Of a stretch of 64,000 nucleotides of DNA, positions 25,471 to 38,392 are shown one piece after another (the first letter of the stretch is position 1; every line of letters starts with the position of its first letter). The stretch is from the NCBI RefSeq assembly GCF_009834535.1, contig NC_045696.1, positions 37,078,001 to 37,142,000 on the forward strand, written 5' to 3'. Position numbers and translations under genes: made by a program. The notes under the pieces were generated by a model. It saw only the letters and a list, made by a program, of their open reading frames with translations. It searched no databases and was not told the DNA's origin. This DNA is from Camelus ferus (taxonomy: Eukaryota).

Positions 25471-28400
25471 AATCCTTATATCCTGATTTGCTGAGTCATC
25501 ATTTCTAAAAATATTTAAGTGTTTTTGTGTATATTTTCCTTGCTCTGAAAATTTAAAGAGTTTCAAACTATAGTCATTTTCTGGGATTTCACCCAATGTG
25601 TCAGTGAATAAGATAAAGTCCCAAGAAGTTAGCTACCTTCAGTTTGAAGTTTCAGGACACTGGCACTGTGTTGTGAGCTCCAGTTGTGGCTTACCAAATG
25701 GCATACCTCACCTTCATAAATGGGATAAGTATTAGAATTTACTGAATGTTATGGGGATTTTGAAAGATAGTTAATAACTAAGCCAATTAAATTGAAAAAA
25801 GTGAATAGCTAGAGAAAGTAAGATTTCACACAACAATAAAATATTAGTGGGGCATTGGAATAAGTTGAAATAATAGGCACTTGTTCTATATGTTGGCCTA
25901 ATGGGGAAAATAAAATTATAAAATATAATTTAGTAAAAATAATATTTTATTTCACAAATATGCTATGGGTAAGTGGTACCCAAATGTTTAAAAAAGCAAA
26001 ATGTTTAATTTATCATTTGGAAAAATGCCTCTACCACTCTACTCTAACATATGCTGAGAGAGAGAAAAACCATAAAATGATTTTTTTAGCTTCACTTAAA
26101 TATGAGAACCTGCTTGCAAGTAAATTTTACAGAAGGATAACTGCTAAAAACAACTGTGAAAAAACCACCATGGGCTGTCATGTTTATGAACAATTGTCAC
26201 ATCACTTTAGTCTTACAAGCTCTTTTTCTTCACACTTTATTAAGATTGTTGGATCACTTTCTTGGTAACTTTACCCATTTTCATATACTATTAATTTATA
26301 ATAATAAAAAAGTTACATTTAAATATACCTATACCTATTTTATCTATTAACAGTTTCAATGCAAAGATGGCTAGAACTTTGGAGCCGTGTGAAAGGATGT
26401 TCATATTTTAACATTTGTTTTTAAATGACTATTTTAATGCATATTTGACTTAACTAAAAGCATTGTACCAAATGATAAAGGCACTCACCAAATATGTAGA
26501 CAACTACATAAAACAATTTGTTTTACCTACTTTAGATAATGATTTAAGAAAAAAAATCACTGATCCTCTGAAATTTTTTATTTAGTTTAATCTATTTATA
26601 AGTTGATAGGGTCTTAACATAACTTACTGTAGTTTGTCACCAAGACCGAAATCCAAACTTCATCTGTAATATTAGAAAAAATTTATACTTTCAGTATATC
26701 ACTTGTCAATGAGAAGGAAAACATGCGGACAACAATATCACTATATTAAAGCCACTAATTAGGGATGAGAGTAGGAAAAAAGGAAAACTTTTTTTGAGAG
26801 ATCTATTTTATAAATTTTAGCAAACAACTGATTTTAAGACAGTAAAATGGTAGAAAAAATTTAGTGATGATTTGATGTTTTGAAATATTACATAGGTAAT
26901 AATATAAGATTATTATTGCCTTATAAAAGTAATAATTTGAAAGTATGAATATATGTATTGCATTAATATTGTTAAGATAAAACTTTTATCTCTACTAATT
27001 CTAGTAACCATTTCTGAGTTGTGGAAAAGGTACAATGGCCAGAGCTTTAGATTTCTACATTTAGTCTTCATGGCAATCAAGTAACTACCCATTATAGACT
27101 ATAATTAGCATACAAACAACACTAGCAAAAAGAAGTGAAGTCTGTGATGTTCAGGAAATCACTGACACTCCCGGAAATAGTAAGTGCACACACAGTAGTC
27201 AACCCAGGCTTGCTGGATTATAAGATACATTGTGGCCAGAGGATTTGTTGGAGCATCAGTGAAAGCAGAGGTGAAAGGCACAGAGCACAGGTTTTCCTCC
27301 ATCTTCTTCAGAGGTACACAGAAGCCAAGCCACACATTGTGGGGTTGAACTCATCCTGTTGATAGCCAGAAGCTCAGGTTTTATTTTGCACTTATTTTGT
27401 AAAATGGCCTCCATTACCTGTTCTTAAAAATATGCACTTCAAATTTCCACAAAATGCCATCAATCTGAAAACCTTTCAGGCTCTATCAACCAGCTTCCCT
27501 CATTGCCCTAGCATCCTAGTGCACAAATTGACCCTAGGAGTAAAATGGCATGAGTTTCCCTATGACCCTTTTCTATGTGAAATGCTGTAGGATTCATGGT
27601 CCTAGGCAACATGATGAATTCAATCAAAGGGCTTTTGTAACAGCACACCCTGGTAACTTGGTTTTATCTCTTTAAATACTGATAATAAAATCCAACTCCT
27701 GCAAAAGTTCATAATTAGTCAAAATTATAAGCAGTTTCATCAAAGGGCCATTTTCTTTGTTGTCATAACATTTATAAGTACAAATCACTTGTGAGTGAGT
27801 TTCTGTTTCACCATAATGATCAGTCAGTGGTGGGATTGATTGATGGTAGGGCTTCTCATATAAATGAAAATTGCTCCCAATTTGTAAAGTTCAAGCAATA
27901 GTAGGATCTTGTAATTCTAGATTAAAGAAAAATAATTTAAAGCAAATCACTGAAATGAAATTAAGTATTAACATACATCTAAATAATGAATTATTTTTTC
28001 ACTTTCATATATATTACACCAGAATTGCTCTATCATGTGACCATATATGCAAGAAATATTGTGCATATTAAATTTGACACATTGAATAAGTTGTATCTTT
28101 ATATATAAATCTCTTTATATCATATACATAAAACGGGTAGTGTTTTAACACTTTATTTCATAATAATCTTGAAGCTCCCTGCCTTCTCATGTGGTTGATT
28201 TAAAAGTTACAACCTCGGAAAAGCCGATAGAATTTTCAACTTCACAGCATCACTCAATTAGTTATGTGTTGATCACTGTTTGAAAGTGAGTTGAAATGTG
28301 TCCTGGCAAATCATCGAACAAATGTTCCAAATGACTAAAGCATTCATCTCTAGTCCAAATTAGACTATTCAATCCTTTTATAGGGAGGTCTTTCCCAAGC

Positions 28401-29509
28401 CCTTTGCCTCTAAAAAATCACACAAGCTCTCCTTGAAATTCCTTAAATAAAATTTTTATAAAGGGGAGATCTTAGACACTAGAAGAGGAAAAGACATGTC
28501 ACATTAGAATTAAAAAGGAATTGCAAATGCACAGAAGGAACCTTGATGAACTCATTAGTGGTAAAGGTTGATAGCAAGAACTGTCCCTCCCAGCTGTTAT
28601 GGTTTAGGGTGAGTGTAAATTTTGCATGTATTTTATTTTAGAACAAGAAGAACAAGAAGTATTCATGTTCTTCCTCTTGACTTGACCTAATTTTATAAAT
28701 GAAAAAGCTGTTCAGCCGTCTAATTTTGACTTGGTGTTTATTTTTGAAAGCATTTTTTTGGCAAGTGATTTTGCTACTCTACCACTTCCTTTCCCTCTAG
28801 CTTATTTTTCTTGTCAATGGAGAGCATTGTGTTGATGAGATAGTTCATTCATAGGAGACTGCCTTGAAATTACAGTTTAGTTGCTTTAACATAGAAAATT
28901 TAAAAGTCAGTGCAACCATTTATAATGCTTATGCTAAAACTTCCTAGAATATAGACCTGTTTGCACTCTAATTGAGTGTAATCTTAGGCTTTTTTTCCCC
29001 CCCCAAGTAGAGAAAGGGAAAAAAAATGAGTAAAATGAGAGGAAAAAAGAGAGCAAGACCCAAGTATTTCCTGGATTTTCTGGGAAGTGGAAATAAAAGT
29101 GAAATTTAAGCATACCTCTGACTGTAGTCTTTCTCACAAGAACTCTGAAAGATGATTAGAACACATATTTCTTCCTGCAACTTAAAACTTATTTAAAAAT
29201 GGACACAGTAATAGAGAGCAACAAGAAATAAGAGAAAAATATATTAAAACTATCTTTCTGATACTATATTAAACAATTAATTTTCACATATTTGGTGACA
29301 TCTTTATAAAAACAGTGACTGTGCCAGATTTTTTTAGTAGGCAAAATGTATTTTAAAAGTGGCCATTTCAAATCTGCCTCCTTTGATCTCTCTTTAGTCA
29401 TTGGTTAATACTCCTATGTCTTCTAAATAGAAACAATTTTTCATCCACAGGTTGTAATTTTGTTTTGTTATATTCAGACATCTTTAGAGCATGGTCTCAC
29501 TTTAGGTTT

Positions 29510-30015
29510 TTAAGATTAACTTTTATTTTTGCACAGTTTTAGATTTACAGAAGTATTGTCAAAATAATCCAGAGAGTTTCTATGTACTCCACACTAAGAT
29601 TCCTCTATTATTAACATTTTACATTAGTATGTCATATTTGTCACAATGAGTGAATCAATATTGATAACATTATTAGCTAGAGTTCATGCTTCAAATTTCT
29701 TTATTTTTCTCTAAAAGAAATCTGTCTTTTTATCCATTTATTTATCTATTCAATCATTTATTTATTAGTATGAACGCCACTCCTAGATATTTATTTCATA
29801 GTCTGTGTTATAATACAATATTACTTTATTATTTTTACATAAATTGTTTCAGCTTTGGCCATTGGGAGCTCTTCAAGTTGGCTCCTGTGTCCTTTTGAAA
29901 TTTTCATCATTGAGGTGTTTTTATTTTGTTTGTATGTGTGTTTTTTTTTTTTTTTTTTAGTGCTTTTTTATTTTCTGATACCATACTATGACTCAGGTTA
30001 TCTTGTGTATTTTGA
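29510..30015 (-). mobile_element. L1MC4/5-like 3' fragment
   Basis: cagttttagatttacagaa; cagctttggccattgggagctcttcaagttggctcctgtgtcctttt. Confidence 0.8.
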
Positions 30016-30199
30016 CTTCTGTTTGAATTTTCTAGCAGGTGGTTAATTTGAGTATAAGAATTAGTTAAAAATTAACACACATATTTAGTCATATTATATG
30101 TAGATAAGAACCTTGAAAAGCATAATACACCCCAATAAAATACCATCAAAATACATAGATTAAAAGATGTTAGAAATAAAAAATAAAATATATTATTAT

Positions 30200-31415
30200 T
30201 TATTCTTTTTGGTGCAGTGGTAAATGGTATTGTTTCCTAAATTCCATTTTTTTTTGAGATTTTGTTGTTATTGTATAGAACTGAAACAGATTTCTGTATA
30301 TTAATTTTGTATCCTGCAACTTTACAGAATTCACTGATGAGCTCTGTGAGTTTGCTGATGGTGTCCTTAGGATTTTTCATGTATAATATCCTGTCATCTG
30401 TAAACAATGACAGTTTTACCTCTTTCTTTCTAATTTGAATTTCTTTAATTTCTTTTTCTTGCCTGATAGCAGTGGCTAGAACTTCCAAAACTATGTTGAA
30501 CAAAAGTGGCAAGAGTGGGCATCTTTGTCTTGTTCCTGATCTTAGAGGAAATGCTTCCAGCTTTTTACCCTGGAGTATGATATTAACTGTGGGTTTGTCA
30601 TATGTGGCCTTTATTATGTTGATGTATGTTCCCCCTGTTCCTGCTTTCTGAAAAGTTTTTTTTTTATCATAAATGGATGTTTAACTTTATCAAAAGCTTT
30701 TTCTGCATCTATTAAGATGACCATGTGGTTTTTATTCTTTAGTTTGTTCATGTGGTGTGTCACTTTGTTTGATTTGCGATATTGAAAAGTCCTTGCATCC
30801 CTGGGATGAACCCCATTTGATCTTCTTAACATATTGCTGGATGCAGCTTGCTAGTATATTGCTGAGGATTTTAGCATCTATGTTGACCTGTGATATTGTG
30901 TGTAATTTAATTTTTTGTTATATCTTTGTCTGGTTTTGGTATCAGGGTGGTACTAGATAGAATGAGTTTGAAGTGTTCCTACCTCTGCAACTTTTGGGAA
31001 TAGTTTGAGAAAGATATGTGTTCACTCTTCCCTAAATGTTTGGTAGAATTCACCTTTGAGGCCGTCTGGTCCTGAACTTTCAAATCTTGGGAGTTTTTAA
31101 ATTACTGATTCAATTTCAGTACTGGTAATTGACCTGTTCGTATTTTATATTTCTCCCTAGTTCAGTCTTGGGAGATTGTACCTTTCTAAGAATTTGCCAG
31201 TTTCTTCTATGTTGTCCATTTTATTGGCATGTAGTTTTCATAGAAATCTTTTATGATCCTTTGTGTTTCTGTGGTGTTGGTTGTAACTTCTCCTTTTTAT
31301 TATTTCTGATTTTACTTATTTGATCCCTCTCCCTTTTTTTCTTGATGAGTCTGGCTAAAGGTTTATCAATTTTGTTTATCTTTTCAAAGAACCATCTTTT
31401 AGTTCCATTGATCTT
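30200..31415 (-). mobile_element. LINE-1 ORF2 RT fragment (non-functional)
   Basis: Peptide [49 protein letters not shown] (FADD changed to FTDD) and [26 protein letters not shown]. Confidence 0.93.
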
Positions 31416-31417
31416 TA

Positions 31418-31548
31418 GCTGGTATCCTTATAATAAAAAAAGAAATACAGATACATGACACACAGATGATGACCATGTGAAGACAGGGGCAGAGATTAGA
31501 GTTATGCTGCCACAAACCAATGGACACCTAAGGTTCCCAGAAGTTGTC
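31418..31548 (+). mobile_element. MLT1 (MaLR) LTR fragment
   Basis: ctggtatccttataa...ccatgtgaagacaggggcagagattagagttatgctgccacaa. Confidence 0.75.
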
Positions 31549-31569
31549 CCACACAAAGGATGCTGCATT

Positions 31570-31914
31570 AACTTGGGGCTTACAATGAGCAAACTGTTAC
31601 CATCTTTGGCCCAAAGACAGGAGTAGAGGGAGGGATAAAAAAAAAACAACTCTCAGAAAGTGTGATAGAGATAATCCCCAAGGCCACCATGCAGGAGTGA
31701 TTTTCCAGGGAAAGAGCTGAGGAAATATAAACCTCAAGCTCACTCTTGTCCCTCACTCCAAGCCCCTACTTGGGATGCCCATTGGCCCAACCCAGTCTAA
31801 ACTGAAAACCTGGAACCCACTGATGCAGCCATCATAAGCAAGCCACAAGGAAAAAAAGGAGGTGTCTGATTAGCAATGGATTTGAAGAGTGAAATTAATA
31901 AAACTGTCATATAC
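31570..31914 (-). mobile_element. LTR33-like ERVL LTR fragment
   Basis: ctgttaccatctttggccc...ctcactcttgtccctc...cccattggcccaaccca...cactgatgcagccat. Confidence 0.65.
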
Positions 31915-32355
31915 ACTGAATGAATAGTTCCTCTGATTGAATTCTGACTGAATTTAGCTTAGTGGTCAGACTGGCAGTGTTTAGAGGGTTAAACTCACTG
32001 TTTGGTGTATAGCCTTTCACTTCATCTCACTATCCTCAATAAACTCCTTCCACTCCCAGCAAGCTTGAGTCCTGGAGTCCACTCTCACAGTTGCAGCCTC
32101 CCAATAAATTATATATACACTATTCTGAAAGAGCAAGACATGGAAATTCCCACACAGTGGAGGAAGGTACAGGCTACTCCGATTCTACTTTTTCAGCCTA
32201 CCCTTACCTTTTAATGTGTTTAATAAATCACAGAAAAGAAAAATAAACCTTGTCTCTATTGCTACCCACTTTTTAGAGGTGAAATTGTTAACATATTTGT
32301 TAAGAATGGAGTCTGTGAGGAAGGGATTAAAATTATAAGCGATGCAGTACTGTGA

Positions 32356-32801
32356 TGTAAGGAATAGTTACATTAACAAGCACAGAATAACACCAGAGAG
32401 AGGCAAATGACATTAAAAGAGGTTTATTATACTAAGGACCTAGAAGAAACAGGTGCAGCAGGCCATGCGGGGATTCATACATAAGGAGTTCCAATAGAAA
32501 GACTCAACTAGGCAAGTGGGGAGGAGAGAAGGATAGAGACAGAGAGAGAGACAGATATACCATGGGCAAGTGCCTTTATTGGGGTCAAGGTGAAGTGTAC
32601 AAGCAAAAGGCATGAGGGGGTATCCTTAGTGTGTTTGAGTGTCACAAGATCACAGTCAGGGGAGGACAAGAAGGGGAACTTGTGCTAAAGACTAACCTTA
32701 TCACACTAGTGGTCCTGGTCCCCTGGGTGGGATACTCACAGCCTGTTTGTGGGGATGTTGAGGCTTCAGGAAAATATGAAATTTTAAATATCTAGAATAA
32801 A
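32356..32801 (-). mobile_element. MER74-like 3' LTR of an ERVL-class provirus
   Basis: Minus strand reads ...ttcatattttcctgaagcctcaacatccccacaaacaggctgtgag...gtgcttgttaatgtaactattccttaca. Preceded by polypurine tract agaggatgaa (about 32803-32812). Confidence 0.82.
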
Positions 32802-32819
32802 ATTCATCCTCTGATGCCT

Positions 32820-34400
32820 CAGTATCACTAACAGTACTAACTGGGATGGATAACACTTGTTACCTGGGCTGTGGACATGTTAAGGGTGAGTGGGACAGCT
32901 TGACTTAGCCACCAAAGGCAAACTTTGCTAAAAGTGATGAAAGAGTCCTATTAGGCACGTGATGGGAGTTTGGAACCCAGCTGGCACCCAGGCATCCCTC
33001 TTTGTGGACCACAGGGAAGAGAACAGACCAGGCATCTCTGATTTTAAGGAAATTTATTAGAAGATTTTTATTATATTATAAAAGCTCTTACCTCTTTGCC
33101 TTTTCCTTATAGTTTGTTGTGACCTGTCCAGAGTCAATAATGTACCTATAGCAGGCAGTACCCTGAATAGCACACAGCCCTCTTTCCTTGGCTGTTAAGG
33201 AGTCAAGAGCCAGTCTTTTATCCTTTACCATTTGGACTAGAGACTAATAGGCTTGCTGTATAAGGAACAAAATTTCATGCAGCCCTTGAATCTGATCGGA
33301 AAGGGCTGTGGAAAGGTGCTGTTGACATTTATGCTTTTTTTCATTTGACAAAGCCTGCTGTATCGGTTCCAGTGCTGGCTGTTGGCTCCTGTGTCTATGA
33401 CAAGTTCTATTAAGATAGGAATAAATATTATCTGTTTTGCCTGGAGTCCTTGTGTTGTGGGAAATGAAGAGGTGCCAGTGGATGGAAAACTATGGGAATC
33501 CCCAGTGGGTGTGTTTTCATTAGGAAAAACACATTGAGAGTCAGCAAGGAAAAATACATGAGGTGCCATGTCTGTGAGTTTGGGTCACTATAAACCCCAA
33601 GGCGCCATTATTTAGAACATAATGTCCTTGTGAGAAGGTGGTGGTGGTGTGTTTGACCGATGGGAAAGAGTGGTCGTGGTGGTCATGGATTGAGACACAA
33701 GGAGAGAGTTGTGGTAGAAAGCTGGAGGGCAGAGTAGGAAGAGGCATCAGAGAGTGGATGGTCCTCTCTCCAGAGGGTCAAGGGGTTGAGTGATATGAGG
33801 TGGATGCCTCCTGGGGAAAACAATACTCTCCATTAACTTTAGGAACCTCTATCAAATGCCTCTTTAAGTGTAAGGATTCATGCTTTAGCGGAGAGCAAGG
33901 AGTATACTAGAACCGTGTGCTAAGCAGACAGTGAGTTTAAGAGAAAATATGTCCTGTGTCCAATTTGTGCCTTAGGAGAATTAATCCATGAGCATCACTG
34001 AGGTGGTGGTTTTATTGTAAGAGGTGAAGTTGTCTCTGGCACAAGAGCCCAAGGCATCTCCACAGTGAGGTCTTGGATGGGGATAATGTTGTCTCAGGTG
34101 ATGTCATCTGCAGAAGTGAGATTTTGGGCCAGAGTGATGTCATCTGGGAACTGGGGTATCCTTTTCAAGTGGGCATCCACTGGAGTTGGTATGAGCCTCT
34201 CAGTTGTAAACTAGTGAAAGTACCCAGACAGGTAGCAATAAAACCAACAGTCAACAAATGGTGTGCACCTGACAAGTTTTTGGTTTTGGTGAAAGTTTAC
34301 GTTCAGACAGGTCCCCTATCAGATAAGCAACTGCTTGGTCTGTGAAACAATCTATGGTTTGTGAATCCTAGGAGAATATGACCCCTGGATCTGGCCAGTC
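32820..34400 (-). pseudogene. env: Degenerate gamma-type retroviral env (SU and TM)
   Basis: 33091-33240 is open: LVQMVKDKRLALDSLTAKERGLCAIQGTACYRYIIDSGQV (immunosuppressive domain plus CX6CC-like motif). Furin-like QAKQ at 33432-33443 is followed by fusion-peptide-like IIFIPILI. DCWFYC (CWxC-like) at 34235-34252. Confidence 0.85.
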
Positions 34401-34699
34401 CTTATGGGATGGGGTTAAGCTAGAAAATTTATATAATTAGGTTAAGGCCTGGGACAAGATAGAGAATTTCAGGGGTTTATGGGTTGGACTGGAATTGGAA
34501 AAGCAATTGTTGGAGATCATTTTGTCTCAGTGAAACTGGCTATTTGGGATCTATTAGGGACTTTAAAGTTCTTTGGAATGCCTTTTTCAAGAGCCTAGCA
34601 TTGTGTATTGTAATAAGCAAAATGTGCCTTGGGTCTGACCAGTAATATCTGTAACTCTGGGGGGAAGAGAAGTGTCCTTATACTCCTTGTGTAAGGAAT

Positions 34700-36350
34700 T
34701 GCAAAGCAAGGCCTCGTGTTGTGGTTTTAGTGTATGGAGAGGCATGTGTGATTTTGGTTTATATTTTGGATATCTGTGAAACAGGCATTTCCCAGAGGGT
34801 TTTACCCTGTAAACTTTTGGGCAATAACCCAATAATTTATTACACACATGAAGATGGAGCCACTGTTGGCCAGAGCATCCAGCGCTAAGATGACAGTCTG
34901 AAGTTTGGCCAAGTATATGGCTCTGGGGTCCTGTCCTTTGTCAGGGCCCTTCTGGCTGGAGGAGGGAAGGCAGCAACGTGCCACCGAGCTCCATCACAGG
35001 ATGGTTAGCCACGCCTTTCATGTAGTCCAGGAACTCCCACTGCTGTTCACTCAGTTAATCTCAAGGGGCTCCCCAAGTAGCCAAAGTGAATGGGGGAGCA
35101 GTGACCTTCTCCAGCACCCTGACATCTGGCAAGGGACTGAGAACAGGAGAAACCACCCCCTCCTCAAGGTGGAATGTGCCAGAGAGTCCAGGTTTGCTTT
35201 TGTCCTATTTTAGAGAGGCCTCTGTAGCAGTGCCAAGCCGGTGGGGTGCTGTTTCCCACAGAAGCTGGGTATTGAAGGTCACAGGTTCAGTGCCCGTGAG
35301 AGCCTCTGTATTCCAGGAGAGCCCTGGAGATCGACATAGCACAAGGCCAAGCGGGGCAGTTTATTTTGCATCAGAAGTCTGGGGATAATTTATGGCCATC
35401 ATAAACAATCAGAGACTCCTGGAGGCATGAGAAGAGACTGCCAAAACCTCTGCGGGGAATGAGATTTTTGAGAGTCCTCATAGGAGTGCCTATTGATTTT
35501 AATTGGCAAGTAAAATTTATAAATGAGGAATACGTACCACCAGAACCCAAGGACTAAAAGATGCAGGACTTGGTGTCCTTAATGAGTATGTCAGATGAAT
35601 CTCCTTGGAGGGGGATGTTACCAATGTGCTGTCATACCTGTCCTCCTAGAGAAAGGCAATGTGGCCAAAATCTGGTCTGCAAAGATTGTGTGTGATCACA
35701 GAGCTGATAAAGTGCCTCCACGGGGAGCCTGGAAAAGGAGCTCTGTGTCCCTTTGGAGGTGGAGGCAAACTGAGGTTGAAATGGGCACTCAGCAGAACAT
35801 GTTATAGTAAGAGCCTAATATTTACCAGTTGTTGGTTGAATAGAATCAGTCATTTTAATAATATCGAGTATTCAGTATGAGGGCCTTGATAGATGAGATG
35901 GAACCATAGAATTACGCTTGTAGTAATCTGTTATGCCGCACTCTTTATTTATATATTTATTTTTTTCGGATTTAGAACAGGCACAATTGAGCTGTCAAAG
36001 GCAGAAGCATTGGGGATAATCATTCTTTTATTTATTAGGTTTTATATAATAAGTTTTAATTCTTGGAAGTCCTGTTTTGACTTACACTGGGTCATATTAA
36101 CTACTGTAACTGGAGGATCATGGAGTCCTATTTTATTTAGCTGGTTTGTTAAGTATTACAGATGTTAATTTTAATCATTTATTGTTTCAGAGCATCTATG
36201 CCCAATGTGAAATGCTTCCGTGAAATGAGTATTATGACTGTAGGCACATTAGGCATTTAGTTACTTTTTTAAGATTACAGAGGGTCAATGTTTAGATTTA
36301 GTGGGATCCTCAGGTATAATTATAATATGAGCTCAGTATTCAATCCATGA
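34700..36350 (-). pseudogene. pol: Degenerate ERVL-class pro/pol (protease, RT, tether, RNase H)
   Basis: Hand translation gives IIIPEDPTK (protease); KRMIIPNASAFDSSIVPV, PQFASTSKGTQSSFSRLP, ITHNLCRPD and HIGNIPLQGDS (YIDD position, 35617-35628) for RT; then TEALTGTEPVT, WGAP*D*LSEQQ, DGARWHVAAF and LAKLQTVILALDALAN...NYWVIA, which parallel HERV-L Pol. Confidence 0.85.
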
Positions 36351-36605
36351 AGTTTGTCAATTGATGCATTTTAGCAAAGCTTAAAGTTAAATTAGAACCT
36401 GTGTTGTACGGGCACAAAAGCCAGTCGGTGCCCCTTTTACCTTTTGTTATGTATATTATTTTCTTACATAATGCTGGATTTCCAGTTGCATCAAATTATG
36501 GAACATTGTTTAAGTTAGTTATACATACATCTGCACAATTTATTATATATTTATATTAGATTTTATATATGTATAATTTAATTACCTTTATTTACCTTTT
36601 AATTA

Positions 36606-36681
36606 CCCAGGGAGTGCATAGCCTGTTTGTAGGGGTATTGAGACATAAGGAGAATATGAAGTTTTTAAAATGTACGATACA
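36606..36681 (-). mobile_element. Truncated 5' LTR of the same provirus
   Basis: 36617-36681 aligns without gaps to 32737-32801 at 50/65 identities (hand count). Minus strand starts TGTATCGTAC. Confidence 0.82.
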
Positions 36682-38219
36682 AGCAACTATGGCATTCAAG
36701 GCAGGAGCTCAAATATAGATGACGATATCTCTGATCTGGCCAAGAATAAAATTATCTGATTCTAGCAAAACACACAGAGAATATAAAGGGAGGTGTTAAG
36801 CTCTTAGAAAGCTGAATAAATACAGCCTTGGCAAAGGTTATACGAGTCTTTAAGAATCAAAGGATTTAAAAAAATAAGTAGCTCATTATAAAGAAGATTA
36901 ATCTGAGCTTCAATTTCAGATGGAATCTAAACAGAGTATGTTGATACCAAATTTCTTTGGACTGCCTTTGGATAAGGCAAAAACCATTAATTCCCATGTG
37001 AACTTGTGATGTATTTATTCTAACAGAGCTTTTTTCTGCTAGTTTTTTAAAATTCTGCTATTCTCTAGGGATTTAATTGTCATATACATTGAACTAATCT
37101 CTAGACAGAGCTTGTGGTAACTAATAATATAGATATTTATTTACCTAAAAGAAATATTTCATGATACATGTTGTAATAATGTCCATAAATTAAATTTAAG
37201 GCAATTTAAGAAGTGAAAACTATATAACTATATATGAAAGTAGACAAATATTCTTAGTGTTCTGTTTTTAAAATAAACAAAAATACATTTTTTTAAAATG
37301 TGCTGTTTTTCTTTTCTCATAAAGATAAAATTTTTTTTGCAATTTTAACTTTGTTGAAAAATTTTATTATGCTATGACTTTTTTTTTTTTTTATTCTGCT
37401 AGCTCTTCAGTTGTCTATGTGCATATCACTATTATTAGAGGTTACTGGCCAAATGCTGTGCTAACATATCATTGGAGCTGTGTTCTAAAACTTTTCTGCC
37501 AGGTTTGCTAACTGCTGTAAACAACGGTATAGGTCAGACAGAAGTATTTGATGCCTGTTGATTGTTCTCCCTAAGACTGACATGGCCTGCATAAGTTTTT
37601 TCAGCATTTGTACCTCCTAACACAACTGATCAGTGTTTAGGTACTTTCTTCCAAGATTATTTTGAAATATGTCGTGTAACAAACCTGATATAAACAATAT
37701 TACATCTTGAAATGGAATGTTATCTTGTCAACAGATTGATATACATGTGTTTCTCTTATAATTTGCTATGCAGTAAACATTGTTCTTCTGTATTTTTGCT
37801 TAAGTTCCTTTGGAAAAGTTAGGCTGGTTGACTATACACATAGTTATCAAGAACCTATAAAATCCACACCATGACATTCCTCTTTTGGAATCAAACCTGA
37901 TTCTTCCTCATAAATATTGGGTACAAACTTTCACAGTTGTCAGAGATTCTATACTTCACATTTTTGTATCAAGCATCTACTTTATTATTTACAGTTGTCA
38001 TGTAGATTAACACTTAAAAAATCCAAATTTTAACACAAAGTTAATAAGGAAGGATAATTTTATCCTTATTCACTTGTAGGAAATAATACTAATATTCATA
38101 TCTTTGACTTAAAAAAATTAAACATATGCAGAAATGTAATTCTCTATAGTTGTGGAGTTAATATAATCCTTAAAAATTTTTTTTTAAGTAGAGAGTGCTA
38201 AATTATAAACTGAATATCT

Positions 38220-38392
38220 GTGTAAGCTAGGACAGTTTAACTATTTGAAAATATTTGAAACTTATCTATAAAATGGGAAAAATTCTTATTTTGAGGAACT
38301 CTTGTAAATGTCAAATGAGATAGCATATGTGAAGCAGGTAGCAAAGTTCCAGGCAGGGTAGAGGTATTCAGTAAATAAAAAGTGTTATTAGG
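38220..38392 (+). mobile_element. MIR SINE (3' part)
   Basis: cttatctataaaatggga...aaatgagatagcatatgtgaagca...tagaggtattcagtaaat. Confidence 0.7.

Noticed and set aside
32820..34400. Possible domesticated syncytin-like gene
   Set aside because: Multiple stops and frameshifts, and the furin, CWxC and CX6CC motifs are all mutated.
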